This document shows, piece after piece, positions 1 through 12,110 of a DNA stretch of 49,334 nt. Under the pieces are notes generated by a model. The model was not told where the DNA came from. It saw only the letters and a program-made list of their open reading frames with translations, and ran no database searches. How positions within the stretch are numbered: the stretch's first letter is position 1; every line of letters starts with the position of its first letter. The DNA is from Girardia tigrina. Lineage: Eukaryota. Location: contig MQRK01227725.1 of the NCBI GenBank assembly GCA_001938485.1, positions 1 through 49,334 on the forward strand, given 5' to 3'. The position numbers and the translations under genes were made by a program.

Positions 1-478
1 TTTATAATTTTTGATGAAGTAAAACAAATATTTATAATTTTAATTCCAAGTTTTGTTAGACTAAATATTATTTTATTTGAAGTTAATAATTTTACTAAAA
101 GAATTATTTAAAAATTTCCCATATAAAATTTTATCAAAAGTGTTCACATGTATTTTTTCGGAACCCTAACAAAAGGTTCTTAGTTAGTTTTCTAAGAAGG
201 TTCTCAAAATTTTCAAATGGTTCTCTGAAAAATTGTTCCTGCTCTCTAAATATTTATTTTCGTTCTTAAAAATGTTTAAAAGTGTTTTAAAAGTTGTGTT
301 TAAAAATGTTCTAGTTTTACTTCAGATAACTCTTATATTTATAACAGCAATTTTTAATAATTGTGTGTATAACTTCATCATGGCCGCTTCTGATTGGCCA
401 TCACCGATAATTTTTGATTTTAACTGGCTAGAATTGGCTGTTGTCATGCAGTGTGTCCAAATATAGACATGACTGCTT

Positions 479-1460
479 TGTCACGATGCTCTGTCTCCGG
501 TGATTCAGGATTAATCATCGCGTAATGTTATTTTTGCTTTTTTGGGATGAATCACGTAAATTCTTAATTAATTCTTTAAATTTTGCAAGGGTTATATCTT
601 CTCTCAGGAAGGTGCAATTCATTTGCGGGTTTCGCTCGTAGATTCTAATCGCGGAGATCTTTCAGGAGAGGGTCGGGTGACCGTCTACGCTTACTGGGAA
701 GCTCGGTAAGAGCCTTTGTTGCTTTTCGGACTTATTATTAATTAATTTTTTTATATTTCGGGCTTTATAACTTCTCTCAAGATAATACGACCTTCTGATG
801 GGTTATTGCCACGGATGCTTCTCGTGATATTCTATCTGCGGAGGGGCGGATGTACGATTTCTTTTATCGGGTGAGTTTTTATTCAGCTTTGTCTGGTTTT
901 ATGTCGTGTTTCACCTTCTACGATATTCGCAATGTTCTGTCAGACTACGGGGTATCGGCAATGATTTCACGGAGAATTCGAGAAACTCAAGAGTACTTCA
1001 GTTGGCGTCTATCAGGATTTGTAATGTTGTGAATTTTTAAATATTAAATCTCATGGTATTTCTTTTCTTCTGTTTGTTTTGTTGTTGTAATGTCTTAACG
1101 CAGGTAGCTGTCAATGTATTAAAGTCCGCCAGGTAAGCTGATGAATCTATAAATATATAGTTCCGTCAGCCAACCATTGGCTGACATACTAACTCTTGAA
1201 TGCCCGAAAGGATGGTTGATGTGGTGTGGTGCCTGTGTGGCGTGCGGAGACGATCACTTAATTTATAAGTGCGGGGTGAGGCCGCTAGCGAAAGAACTCC
1301 TGTGGAAATCAGGGTCGGGATAGAGGACGCCTTCGGGCTGATATGGCCGGCGAATTTATTTCAGTTTATAAATGAGTTTCCGATTGCAACATTACTTTCT
1401 ATTTTTTATTTTCTGTATGCGTGGTATTGGGTTTTATTTTGATGTTTTGTGAACACTGTA
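479..1460. mobile_element. LTR-like repeat copy C (TGTCACGA start), related to the elements at 4736 and 9873; right end undefined
   Basis: Begins TGTCACGA like copies A and B. 490-1050 aligns with 6375-6780 and 11645-12040, with the same GT-AG exon layout. No TSD found. Confidence 0.5.
490..1040 (+). pseudogene. Spliced mini-gene of unknown function in copy C, with a tandemly duplicated exon
   Basis: Exons 590-705 (GYIFSQEGAIHLRVSLVDSNRGDLSGEGRV..) and 762-870 (LYNFSQDNTTF*WVIATDASRDILSAEGRMYDFFYR). Donors GTAAAT 556, GTAAG 706, GTGAG 871. Contains stops and degenerate acceptors. Confidence 0.5.
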
Positions 1461-1662
1461 TATATGTGATGGGAATTTTACTAGAACACAATATTACCAT
1501 ATTTTACGTCGCAACATATTTAATTCCTGAGGAATCATAACTCTGTAACTCAATTACTAAGTCAATACTAAATTCTGAGCGATAATAGTAGAGTTAATCT
1601 TATTGTAATGATTATTAATTTTATTACAAAGTTTTATCAATCCAATTTGAAATTCCGTTATT

Positions 1663-3583
1663 TATTTTTGACAAATGGAATAAATATTAATTAATTACTT
1701 CATTTGTCCAAAACCTTCCCCGATAATATCATAAAATCATTGAAGACACTTTCCGATTATCTGAAATCAAAAAGTAAGCACGTATTTTAACAATTTGATT
1801 CTTCGTATTTTTGTAAGAAATAGGACAGAGAATAGCAACCATCTGAAAAAGGGAGACTAATATGACCACCTCAAATATTCATAGATAGTCATAGCATATT
1901 TCGAGAATTGAATGTAAATTATTGAAATTGCACAATTTCTTGGCACTAAAAGAACTACTTGCCATTTGATTGTTTACAAGTTTCAAACCATTGGTGAAGT
2001 TAATGCTAATAGACGTGGTTAATAGATGTCTCAAAAACTTTCTGAACATCAAAAATTGGCTAATATCCGAAAATCACCGAAGAAGACGTTTTCTGATTAT
2101 CAAAAGTTGGTATGATGAAGATTGTAAGCTATATTTAAATGCAGCTGCAAGATTTGTACAAACAGATGTTTCTATTTCAGTCTCTACCTCAACTTATAGC
2201 TCGAATCTTGGAGATTTTTCACTATCCTCTAAAAACTATTCAACTAATTCCCGAACGACAAAATAATATTTCCACGTTGGAAATTCGTAAAGACTATGAT
2301 TTGATGTTTAGAGCACCTCCTGCAACTTATTCAGAAGAACAAATTATTATCATTGATGAAGTTGGTTTTAATGTTTCATTAAGAGTATGCCGTAGACGGT
2401 AATTGCAGTTATTCCTGCGATTTGTTATATAAATATTTCAATTTGTTGTACAATACTTCTTAATGGAATTATTCATTTTAAATCAAAAAATCGAGCTTTT
2501 AATGGTTATCGATTTTTTAACTTATCGATTTTATCAACGAATTAAAGAATAATCTGCGATCAATTTGCATTTTAAGTGCAGTTTTTGTAATGAATAATAT
2601 AAATCCATAAAATGACATCAATGCAAGAAGCAATTAATGAAAATTTATATCGTGTTCTATACTTGCCTCCCTATCCTGCATTTCTAAGTCCCACTGAAAA
2701 TATATTCAATAAATGGAAAGATATTACAAAAAGGTCAAATCTAATAAATGAGTGTGGTGTTTCTTTGTTTCCATGTATATAATTAGGTATATATCTTGAA
2801 ATCTATCATCACACTAATGGAACAAATCAAATATACCAATTTTATCATGATTCGATAATAATCACAACCAACATTTTTATTTAGCTAAATTTCATTCTCA
2901 ATATTTTTGTAATCCTCCAAAATAATTAGACAATTTAAAATATATTTGTCTCCTATTTTTTTATGTACAAATTTGATAAAAATTAAACTGTATATAATTC
3001 CGGTGTGAAATGTTTGCTTAAAAAAGAAACTGTAAATTTTTTTATTGTCATAAGTAGTTTAATTTTTATTATATTTTGTTTCGGAAACCGTGCCTCAACT
3101 ATTTTTGTTTTAATTAACATAAAAATATACTAGAATCATTGTCGAAAATTAAGAAAATTAATCAACAGGTTCTAAAAAAAATATATGAACAATACAAATA
3201 TATTTGTTTAAATATTCGAATATTTTTGAGTGATTTTATTGAAATAATAAAGTTTAGAATCACTTTTCATTGCCTTATTAAATTTTCTAAAACGAATCTA
3301 TTTTATTGATGTTGGACGATAATGAACTGCCCGGGATCGGAGCTCACAAAATATATATTCATAAAAATGAATACAACTTATAATACTCATTTGACAGAAC
3401 GAGTACAAAAATGAGGCTGACCTTTTATCGGCTATCAATAATGGCGCAAATATGGTCTCGTAAATGGACTGTGAAGACTATTTTCGGTACATGTGGTCTT
3501 GCATTCGTAGGTGCAAAAAAAAGGATATGCTCACTTAAATAAAAACATTTTTATTCTATTTTTACTTTCATTTGTCAAAAATG
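1663..3583 (+). mobile_element. Degenerate Tc1/IS630-like (DD34E, DDE_3) DNA transposon, interrupted or composed of two related copies
   Basis: Fragments IIIDEVGFNVSLR (~2345), YLPPYPAFLSPTENIFNKWK (~2660) and a C-terminal NEADLLSAINNGA..DCEDYFRYM (~3410). Imperfect TIR TTTTTGACAAATG at 1665 and CATTTGTCAAAAATG ending 3583, followed by TA. Confidence 0.6.
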
Positions 3584-6209
3584 TAAGATACAATGGCAAA
3601 AATGAATGACGCAATGTCAAATTGGATTGAGGAACCCCATAAATTTGATTTAAACGATTGGTAAACATTCATATCGGAACGAAAAATTGCTCTCGCCAGG
3701 GCACCAATTATTGATTGTTTAAAAATTAATGGATAAATGAAGTTGATATTTCGATGAATCCGAATGCTATTAACCAACCCCACCATAAATATCGTAATGG
3801 ACATCGATACCAATAAAAGGAATTTAAAATTCATTTTCCGGTTGAGAAATAATTAAAATTATAACGATCAAATACAGAATCTATATTCATCTTCAGATCC
3901 AAAATATGGAAACTCGAACATTTGAATGACAGTTCCAGAATTTTTATTAACTGACTTGCCTGTAGCTTGCGCTTATATATGATTAAATATGATTAAAAAA
4001 AGAAATTAAATAAATTAAAAGAAATATAAAAAAAGAAAATTAGAATTAAATAGTTTGAATTTAAAATAAAACTGAGATAAAACTCAATTAATTAATTGGA
4101 GTCATGTGACTTGTTTCTTTGTTTTCATTTTTATTGTTTTCCTACAACAGATTAAAGTCTAGTGGGTGTGTAAGAGAGAGATCGCAATTGGGAATAAAAT
4201 GGCTCACTCTGATTGGTCGTTGGTAATCCAATCAGAGTAAGTCGGGACAGGGAGAGATTTTCAAATGACTAAATTCACTTTTCTCTAGATTGACGAAATT
4301 TCAAAAAAAATTCACAATTATGTATAAAAAATTCGGTTTTTTATCGAAAGATGAGATTATGTCGATTTATTTTGTTTATAACTTTTTTAACTCGAATTTA
4401 AAAATTGCTATTTGATAAAGAAACTGAATTTATTACAAAATCTTTAAATGCTCAAGTGTTATTTGATTTGAATCATTTATTTTTTTGTCAAGATTCTGAT
4501 TATAACACAATTTTGAATTTTAAAATGGTGGCAATTAAAACTTTTCAAGTGTCAGTTTCCTTGTTCTTTGATTTAAAGACGATATTTTCTTTTTGACTCA
4601 TAAATTTTGTGACAAGAAAATCTTTTAAATAAAAAAAAACTGATTCGAATTGTTGTTGTTAATATACTTTCAATGACATAATATATTACACATAATCAAA
4701 TAAAAATATTTAAATATAAATAAGTATTATATAACTGTCACGACCCATTCGAGTGATAACATTTTCGACAGCTCAAGAGCCCCCAGTGTTTGTTAAGGGT
4801 CAACCACGACCCGATATGTATTATCTTCAATTTATTATATTTAAGGAATCGGACGCACCTTCCTCGCCTGCCATTTACCGAGTAGTGACAGGTCTGGAAT
4901 GCCTTCAGGTTCAGTTTAGTTGGGAAATGGCTATGGGCCACCCAACTAGCTGATCGTTGCTCGGGGATGATTTTGCAATGTTTATTATTTTTCATCTTTG
5001 TTACACAGTGTGTACCTCCCTGTGCAGGTGTTGCTCATACTCATATAACTTGGTACATTGGCATATAACTATTGGATTTGTATTATGCTCACTAAGATCA
5101 ATATGTCCACTTCGCTCTAAATCTCTAAATGTAATCAGATATATCGATAAAATATATTGTTATAAGATTATTATATTTAAGAAATATTTACATTTATTAT
5201 TATCACTGGCAGAACGTTATAAAATTATTTATCAATAAATAGAATATCGCCTTATTTAACATTTTTATAGTAGTTGGCATTAGCATACGTATTTGACACT
5301 TAAGTAGAACTTGTTAAAAAATCGTCTAAATTTACTATTTACACTGAGCTTGTTGAATAAAACGTTAATTCAGTCATTAAGAAATGAAATCATTCAGAAT
5401 TTGTATTAGAGTTGAAATCCATATGTTTGAATAAACACCATGATTTCTCTTCGAGAAATGTTGATTAATTCAGTGTCTAGAACACGCGCGCTGCCTCATT
5501 AATCATTGACAACTGTCGCATAGTTGGTTGGTCATTACTCCTAATCTCTTCTGACAATCAATCAGGAAATTCACTCTCATTTATCAAACATGCAACAGAT
5601 CTTGTCTTTAAACTCATTCGAATTTGGACAACCGCCCTATCGCTCGATGATGGAATATTTAATTTCTTAGACCAGAACATTTCTCGGTTTTCCTTGGCGA
5701 CGGTCTCTACTCTTATTCTGAGGTAATGTTTGGATGTGCTTTACCACGAGAGGACGGGACTAAAATTAATTAATAACTAAGAAAATAACTAATAACTAAA
5801 TTAAATCAATCCAAATATTCAATTTAACTATTATGTTAATTTAATATAAATCGATGATTAAAGAATAGAGTTAGTAAAATAAACAAATAAATAAACTTAT
5901 AAGTAAATAAGTATATTAAGAATAACGCGCTTTACATAAAAGAGAACTTACATTTGGATTTATTTCTGGATTCGGCTGATGTTGGTTCCGGAGGAAAGTT
6001 GTAATATCGGTATCGTCAACTGTAGTTGTACTGAATTTGTTCGCGCTCAACTGATCAACTTTATCTCGGTGTTAAAACTTCTGAATATCGCTAAGACACT
6101 TCAAATGTTATGGCGAAAATTGTTGGATATAAAATTGTCGTTGTCGCCTAGATTAATTGTTGATTTTATTATGTCGTTTGTGTGGCCTTTTGGACTAAAA
6201 TAACTGCTG

Positions 6210-6293
6210 TATTTATAGCAGTGTTTTTCTCTCTCTCTTAATGAACGTAGTGCGTATTTGAATGATGTTGATACCTTGGAAAACCCTGATTGG
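6210..6293 (-). promoter_or_regulatory. CCAAT box plus TATA box inside LTR-like copy A
   Basis: Minus-strand CCAAT (6289-6293) lies ~72 nt upstream of TATAAATA (6210-6217). The same pair recurs in copy B. Confidence 0.5.
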
Positions 6294-6379
6294 TTCTTAC
6301 CAGTGTTTCCCGTTTTCAATTCGTTTGGACATATGGTGCGTCTATGTAGTCCTGATTGTAGTAATCAACAACGATCGTG

Positions 6380-6720
6380 CTGACTCACGATTATTTATAG
6401 TGAATAATCATGCGATGTTTATTTTAGGACTAATGAGTGATTCACAGTAAGTTCTTAATTAATTTCTTTTATTTCAATTAACTTTTCATTTTCAAGGCTT
6501 TATATCTTTTTGCCGGATGACCCAATCTTGGACTGGATCACAGTTATGGATGGCTGACGACAGGGGTTTACCGGAGAGATCCGGTTGGTCGATTTCGTCC
6601 ATCAGGTTAGTTCTGGCGTAACCTTTTGTGTTTCAACTTATCAATATATTTTCAGAATACTGGGAACGACACTTCCGCTCTACTCGGCTTCGTGAAAATA
6701 TAACAAGTTACTGTTGATGT
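6380..6720 (+). pseudogene. Spliced mini-gene in copy A
   Basis: Exon ..SRLFIVNNHAMFILGLMSDS, intron 6447-6496 (GTAAGT..AAG), 109-nt exon 6497-6605 (LYIFLPDDPILDWITVMDG*RQGFTGEIRLVDFVHQ), donor GTTAG. Confidence 0.5.
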
Positions 6721-7311
6721 GGGCCAGAATCTGGATCGTAAACTACGACTTTTGTTTATGCGATTTAAATATATGTATCGTGGAGTAATCGTGCTTTTTC
6801 TTCTACATTTCTCAAAATATTATGGGATATAAATGTTGTGTAAATATTTAACGGATCTCTGACAACAACATAACCTTCTCACAAATAAACATTATTTTTT
6901 TGTGAAAAAAATTACAAATAACTGAAAGTTGAAAAAAACAATTATGATATGAAAAGATCGCATATTCATCGTAAAAAGATTTAAATCATAATGCTAAACT
7001 ATTAAACCTTTTGACCAAATGTTGCATTAAAAGTATCATAAAGTATTTGGTGGTTAATAATATGTAGTAACAATATTTTTTTTACAAATGGAGTGTTTTT
7101 CTTTATAAAAACAATATGTCTATACTTTTTAATTATCAGAATAATTATTTTCCTGGTTATATTCAATATATATATGTGTGTGTGTGAAATTGGTGTGTTT
7201 ATTACAAGGAAAATAATTAGATATACATTTTTTGGCTTCCTGTGTCACCGAGAATATTATCCCCTCATTTTAGGTTAGTAATTAGGTTAGTTTTTAGGTT
7301 TTATATTGTAA

Positions 7312-7688
7312 TTCAGCATGATAACACAAGACCGCATACAAGTTTGACAACTCGCCAGAAACTCTTATCATTGGTTAGGAGGCTTTGCCGCACCCACCGT
7401 ATTCTCCAGACTTGGCCCCATCGGTTTTTCACTTATTTAGATCACTGCAGAATTCATTAAACAGAAAAACATTCGCCAGTGATGATGACATCAAATCGTT
7501 TCTAGACGGCTTTTTTGCTGACAAAGGCAAAGGTTTTTATGAATCAGGAATAATGAAGCTACCGGAAAGGTGGAAGAAAGTGATTGAAAATAATGGACAG
7601 TATATCGTGTAAAAATATTTGTGCATCCATGTCATTTTTGATAATAAATATTTTAAAAAAAAATGCAATGACTTTTTGGCAAACCCAA
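7312..7688 (+). mobile_element. mariner (DD34D) 3' fragment with right TIR, mellifera-like
   Basis: QHDNTRPH..HPPYSPDLAPS(V)FHLFRSLQ..GIMKLPERWKKVIENNGQY. TIR ...TGCAATGACTTTTTGGCAAACCCAA followed by TA. The third catalytic D is mutated and the 5' part is missing. Confidence 0.9.
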
Positions 7689-7751
7689 TAGTTTATCTGT
7701 GATGTGGTACATTTAACAGACAACTTACATTCGATATGATAACATTGCTTA

Positions 7752-9239
7752 TACTGAGCGTCAAATCTTTTAAAACAGTTAGTATTATGCAGATAAACAT
7801 ATAATGTAAAAACATTTGTAACATTTTATAAATTGTTGTCTTTAATTATTTTATATTTATTTCGAAAACATTTAATATANNNNNNNNNNNNNNNNNNNNN
7901 NNNNNNNNNNNNNNNNNNNNNNNNNNNNNNNNNNNNNNNNNNNNNNNNNNNNNNNNNNNNNNNNNNNNNNNNNNNNNNNNNNNNNNNNNNNNNNNNNNNN
8001 NNNNNNNNNNNNNNNNNNNNNNNNNNNNTTTTTGTTAGAATATGAGATCAGAAGTTGAACGATCATTAGCAATTAAATGGAAAGCTGAAGGTCGTAGTTA
8101 TGCAGAAATCGCTGAATTATTGTCGATTACAAGAAATGAAGCCATCAATTTATGTTTTTACAAGTTGAAAACTATCAAAAGAAAATCGGGTCCACCAAAG
8201 AAATTAAAAGGTTATCATCAGTTGCTTATAAAAAGTTTCATGAAAAGAAGACAAAGGTAAATGCACCAAAAATTATTAAAGAATGTAATTTAGACGTCTC
8301 GCTCCGTACAGTACAATGACATTTAAAATGCCAGGGACTAAAATATAAAAGATCAAAGTCAAAAATAAATCTCAGTAAAAGTCATAAGGAAAAACGTTTA
8401 GAAATAATAACTGAGTGGATTACAAAAAAACAAAAATGGGAAACAACAATATTTAGTGACGAAAAGCGATTTTCGTTAGACGGTCCTGATGACTGGAGAT
8501 CTTATATGTATGATTCAAATTTGACTACCCGAATTAAAAGACAATGTCATGGTGGTGGTGTCATGGTCTGGTTGATGACCATGCCAAATAGTCTCATGGC
8601 ATTCAAAGTATTAGAAGGCATCTTTAATTCTAAAAAATATATAGAATTGCTTAAAGAAATGATAATTCCGATAATGAAACTTAATTATGGAAGTGACTTC
8701 TGCTTTCAAGAAGANNNNNNNNNNNNNNNNNNNNNNNNNNNNNNNNNNNNNNNNNNNNNNNNNNNCAATATTTCAGTACTTGATTGGCCGGCGAAAAGTC
8801 CCGATTTGAACATCGTTGAAGACTGTTGGAAAACAATATCAGATTTGGTGTATGATGGAAAACAGTTTAATAAGAAAGATGAATTAATCAAAAAAATAAA
8901 GGAAGACTTAAATACCAAAAGCAAAGACAAAGTGAAAAATCTATATCAGTCAATAAAACCCCGTTTGTGCAAGGTATTGAAAGTTAGAGGAAATTTGTAC
9001 AATTAAAGGTTTGTTGAAGAAAATATATTAATGTTTTAAAAGATTTGTCGTTTTTAATTTGAACCATTTTCAATATTTTTAAGTAAATAAATATTAAGGA
9101 CGTCAAACTGTATTTTAATATTCACTATCGGCGAAAGTATGTATTACTTGCATAGTGCCACTATTTTTATTTATATATAATACAAATCAAAAGAGATAGA
9201 CAAAAAGATTTACTGTTTTAAAAGATTTGACGCTCAGTA
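7752..9239 (+). mobile_element. Full-length Tc1/Tc3-like DNA transposon
   Basis: Perfect 28-bp TIRs TACTGAGCGTCAAATCTTTTAAAACAGT (7752-7779 / 9212-9239) with TA TSDs. Confidence 0.92.
8042..9006 (+). pseudogene. Tc3-like DD34E transposase, disrupted
   Basis: N-terminal HTH, IFSDEKRFSLDGPD, GGGVMVW, WPAKSPDLNIVE. Frameshift near 8235, in-frame stop near 8317, assembly gap over the second D. Confidence 0.9.
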
Positions 9240-9872
9240 TATCAAAACTTTGATTAAATAAAGTCAACACTATTCTTAGTTTAAAAATATTATTATTCAT
9301 GGTTTTTTAATTACTCGCACCTGGTTTTTATATTTGGGTCACATGCATGAATTAATTTTAAACATATTAATAAATTATGTTCAACAGTTTATTATCTCAA
9401 TATAAAGGTGATTTGATTTTACTAAACACAATAACGATGTCTATATAAATAATATAACAATTATTATAATACTTTCATATATTGTTTCCTTTCAATAAAA
9501 ATATCTATATAATAAATATTTAATTTAATAAATATAATTTTATATAATTAATTTCAGCAAGACATAAACGGTATTTGATCGGTTTTAAAAGACTCTTATC
9601 AAGAAGAATGTCGTAATTTTTTAATTTGCAAATAATACGTTTGTTTCGTAATTTGAAACATCGCACAAATATGAGAAAATTTATTAATATTATTGATTAA
9701 ATAATAAACAAGTTGAACTCAAATTAAATAAATAAAGGTACAAAGAAATATTTGACATTTGCTACAAGATTTTTAATTTTTAAGTATGATTCTTTTGGAA
9801 TCTTATCTCTGTAATTCGATTACGAAATCAATACCAAACTCTGTCAACGATAACAATAAAATTACTATTATT

Positions 9873-12110
9873 TGTCACGACCCCTTCGAGTAGTAACATT
9901 CTTGAATGCTCATGAGCCCCAGTAGTTATTAAGGGTTAACCACAACCCGATATATCTCGTATTTAATTTTACATGTTTGTTTTTAAGGTGGTCGGACGCA
10001 TCTCCCTCGTCTGACATCGAACTAGTAGTGCGAGGTTTTGAGTGTCATCGGGTTCAACTCAGTTGAGAAAGGCTATGCGCCCCCCAACTAGCTCAGCGCC
10101 GTTCGGGGCTGATTTAGATATTATGAACCGATTATTTATGTGTGATTTGTGTGTTCTCTCGGTGCGTGCCTCTCTGATGCTTGTCTAAATTGTTATACTC
10201 TGTTCTGGTGATTTTCTCAAAGTAATTCTGAAAGAGAAACATTATCATAATTATTATTTATAAATGTCACTCTGCCTGTTGCGTGTCTCGCTTATGCTGG
10301 TAAAACTGGCGACATTGTCATTCTGTTACTAGACAGCATTGTATTTCGGTGTAGCACCTTTAAATTCAGGTTCCTGTTATAATCAACAACAGTTCTAAAA
10401 GATTATAGTTTATTAATTTAATATCTATAAATTTATCATTCTTCAGGAATTCAATTTAGCATTTATCATAAATTATTACCATTCATTTAACCTACTATAC
10501 ATACAAGACGGTCAGTCAGCATTTACTCATTTAATTCATCGAGATATATTTATTAATTATTGTATTTTAATTACTTATTTAATACTTATACGACAAATAC
10601 TCGTTATTGATTAACTCATTACTGAACATGTTATTTGTCATCTAATTCTACAGAAATTATCGCAACATATGCCCATCGCTCATGACTACTTTATCGCCTC
10701 CCTGTAATCACATTTTCTCTTATTTACAATTTTCGATTATCAGCACTCTGATTAGTTGGGTAAATTTAGTAACAATAATTCAACTAATTTCAATTTATTT
10801 ATTAGCACAGGGGATTTCTCATTATCGATCTGAAAGAATTGAACGGAATTCACGTTATTCTGATGAAGCTGTAGCAGTAATTGTAGCACAGGAAATTCAG
10901 TGTCATAGCCGTGAATAGTTAAATATCGCTTCGTATTTACTCTGGGAATTCTCACGCAAATTTTTATTATCACTCTCACTGTTATATAACTGTCAATAAC
11001 TGTATTTGCGACGTCATGATTGTTCTCTCTACTGTTTGCCTAGAGAAACTGCATGGTAGCGAAGACTACGACAACGATTGGGAAGATACCTACTCCTTAA
11101 CGTTAAAAACTATGAAATTATAAATTTAAATTAATTATTAAATGAAGATATACGAAGAACAAAAATGGTTATGGAATACATATATTCAAATTATAAAAAA
11201 CGTCGAAAATTTACATTATAAAATAAGTTCCTTGACTGCAATGAAAACTGGATCCGGAGGAATATATATCGCTGGTCACTCGAAATTTTGCAATTTATTC
11301 AAAATGGATAGATGTCCCTCGGTAATATCGTTCAATTTGGTTGTGGTGATCCTACTCGTGAATTTCAGTTTGGATCGTTGATTGCAAAGTTTGTTCCGAA
11401 TTGCTTTTGAAAATTTGTTCAAATTTTGTCGTCATTTGGTACGTTCTGTAAATTTGTTCTATTTTGTTACTGTTCTGAATTTTGTTGTTGTGAATTTTGT
11501 TTCTAAAATTACTCTGGATAACAAGTATATTTATAGCAGTATGTCTCTAACTACTGCCTGTTGGTGTACTGCGATTCGTCGCTTGTGGGCTCTAGCCACT
11601 GCTATTGGCTATTGCTATCTAATTCTGTAATTTTCAATCGTGTGACAGCGACCACGTCACCGGTTATTCATGATGAATAATCATGAGTAATCATTCTGGA
11701 GTTTTATCGTTTAATCCTCGTAAGGGTTTTAATTAACTTTTATTATTTTAATTAGTTTTTCTCGATTTTTCAGGGTGAATATCTTTGCTTAGGAGGATTA
11801 CTTTTCAAAACAGATCGCACTCATGGATTCTTCTCAGAGGGAGCTATCTGGAGAGGGTCGGCTGTTCAATTTTATTCATCCGGTGAGTTTTGATGCGACT
11901 TTGTGTATTTTACTCATTTATGTGGTGTTTTAGCTTCTACGAGGTATTAATGTTCCGCTGGGTCGTGAGATCTGAAACGGTTCAGGCGACACCGATCGGG
12001 GCTCAACTCAGTTGACTAACTTGTCATAAGTTTCAAATATATGTATTTTATACTGTCGTTGTTTCTTTTCTTTTATGTACAGTGAAGCGTTATTAATGTA
12101 TATCTGATCG
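9873..12110. mobile_element. ~2.2-kb solo-LTR-like element, copy B; right end not resolved
   Basis: Starts TGTCACGACCC like copy A. Same order of modules: left coding module, TATA 11528-11535, CCAAT 11604-11608, spliced module with 109-nt exon 11774-11882. Confidence 0.6.

Larger units (their letters stand above)
4736..6864. mobile_element. ~2.1-kb solo-LTR-like element, copy A
   Basis: TGTCA...TGACA termini. Flanks ATAAC (4731-4735) and ACAAC (6865-6869) form a 5-bp TSD with one mismatch. Colinear with the element at 9873. Confidence 0.65.

Noticed and set aside
233-466. Short AT-rich ORFs from the six-frame track (this and most others under 100 aa)
   Set aside because: Low-complexity F/I/L/K/N composition expected by chance in AT-rich DNA, or antisense to transposon remnants.
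1130-1360. CTGATGA and GGCGAAT as hammerhead or HDV-like ribozymes
   Set aside because: No correctly placed GAAA, and no P2/P3 pairing could be built.
3860-3902. Minus-strand CTGAAGA-T-GAAT-ATAG-ATTC hammerhead-like motif
   Set aside because: The GAAA core is absent. At most a dead relic.
4850-4955. TTCCTCGC as an HDV ribozyme L3 loop
   Set aside because: The flanking P3 does not pair in either copy. Conservation is better explained by coding.
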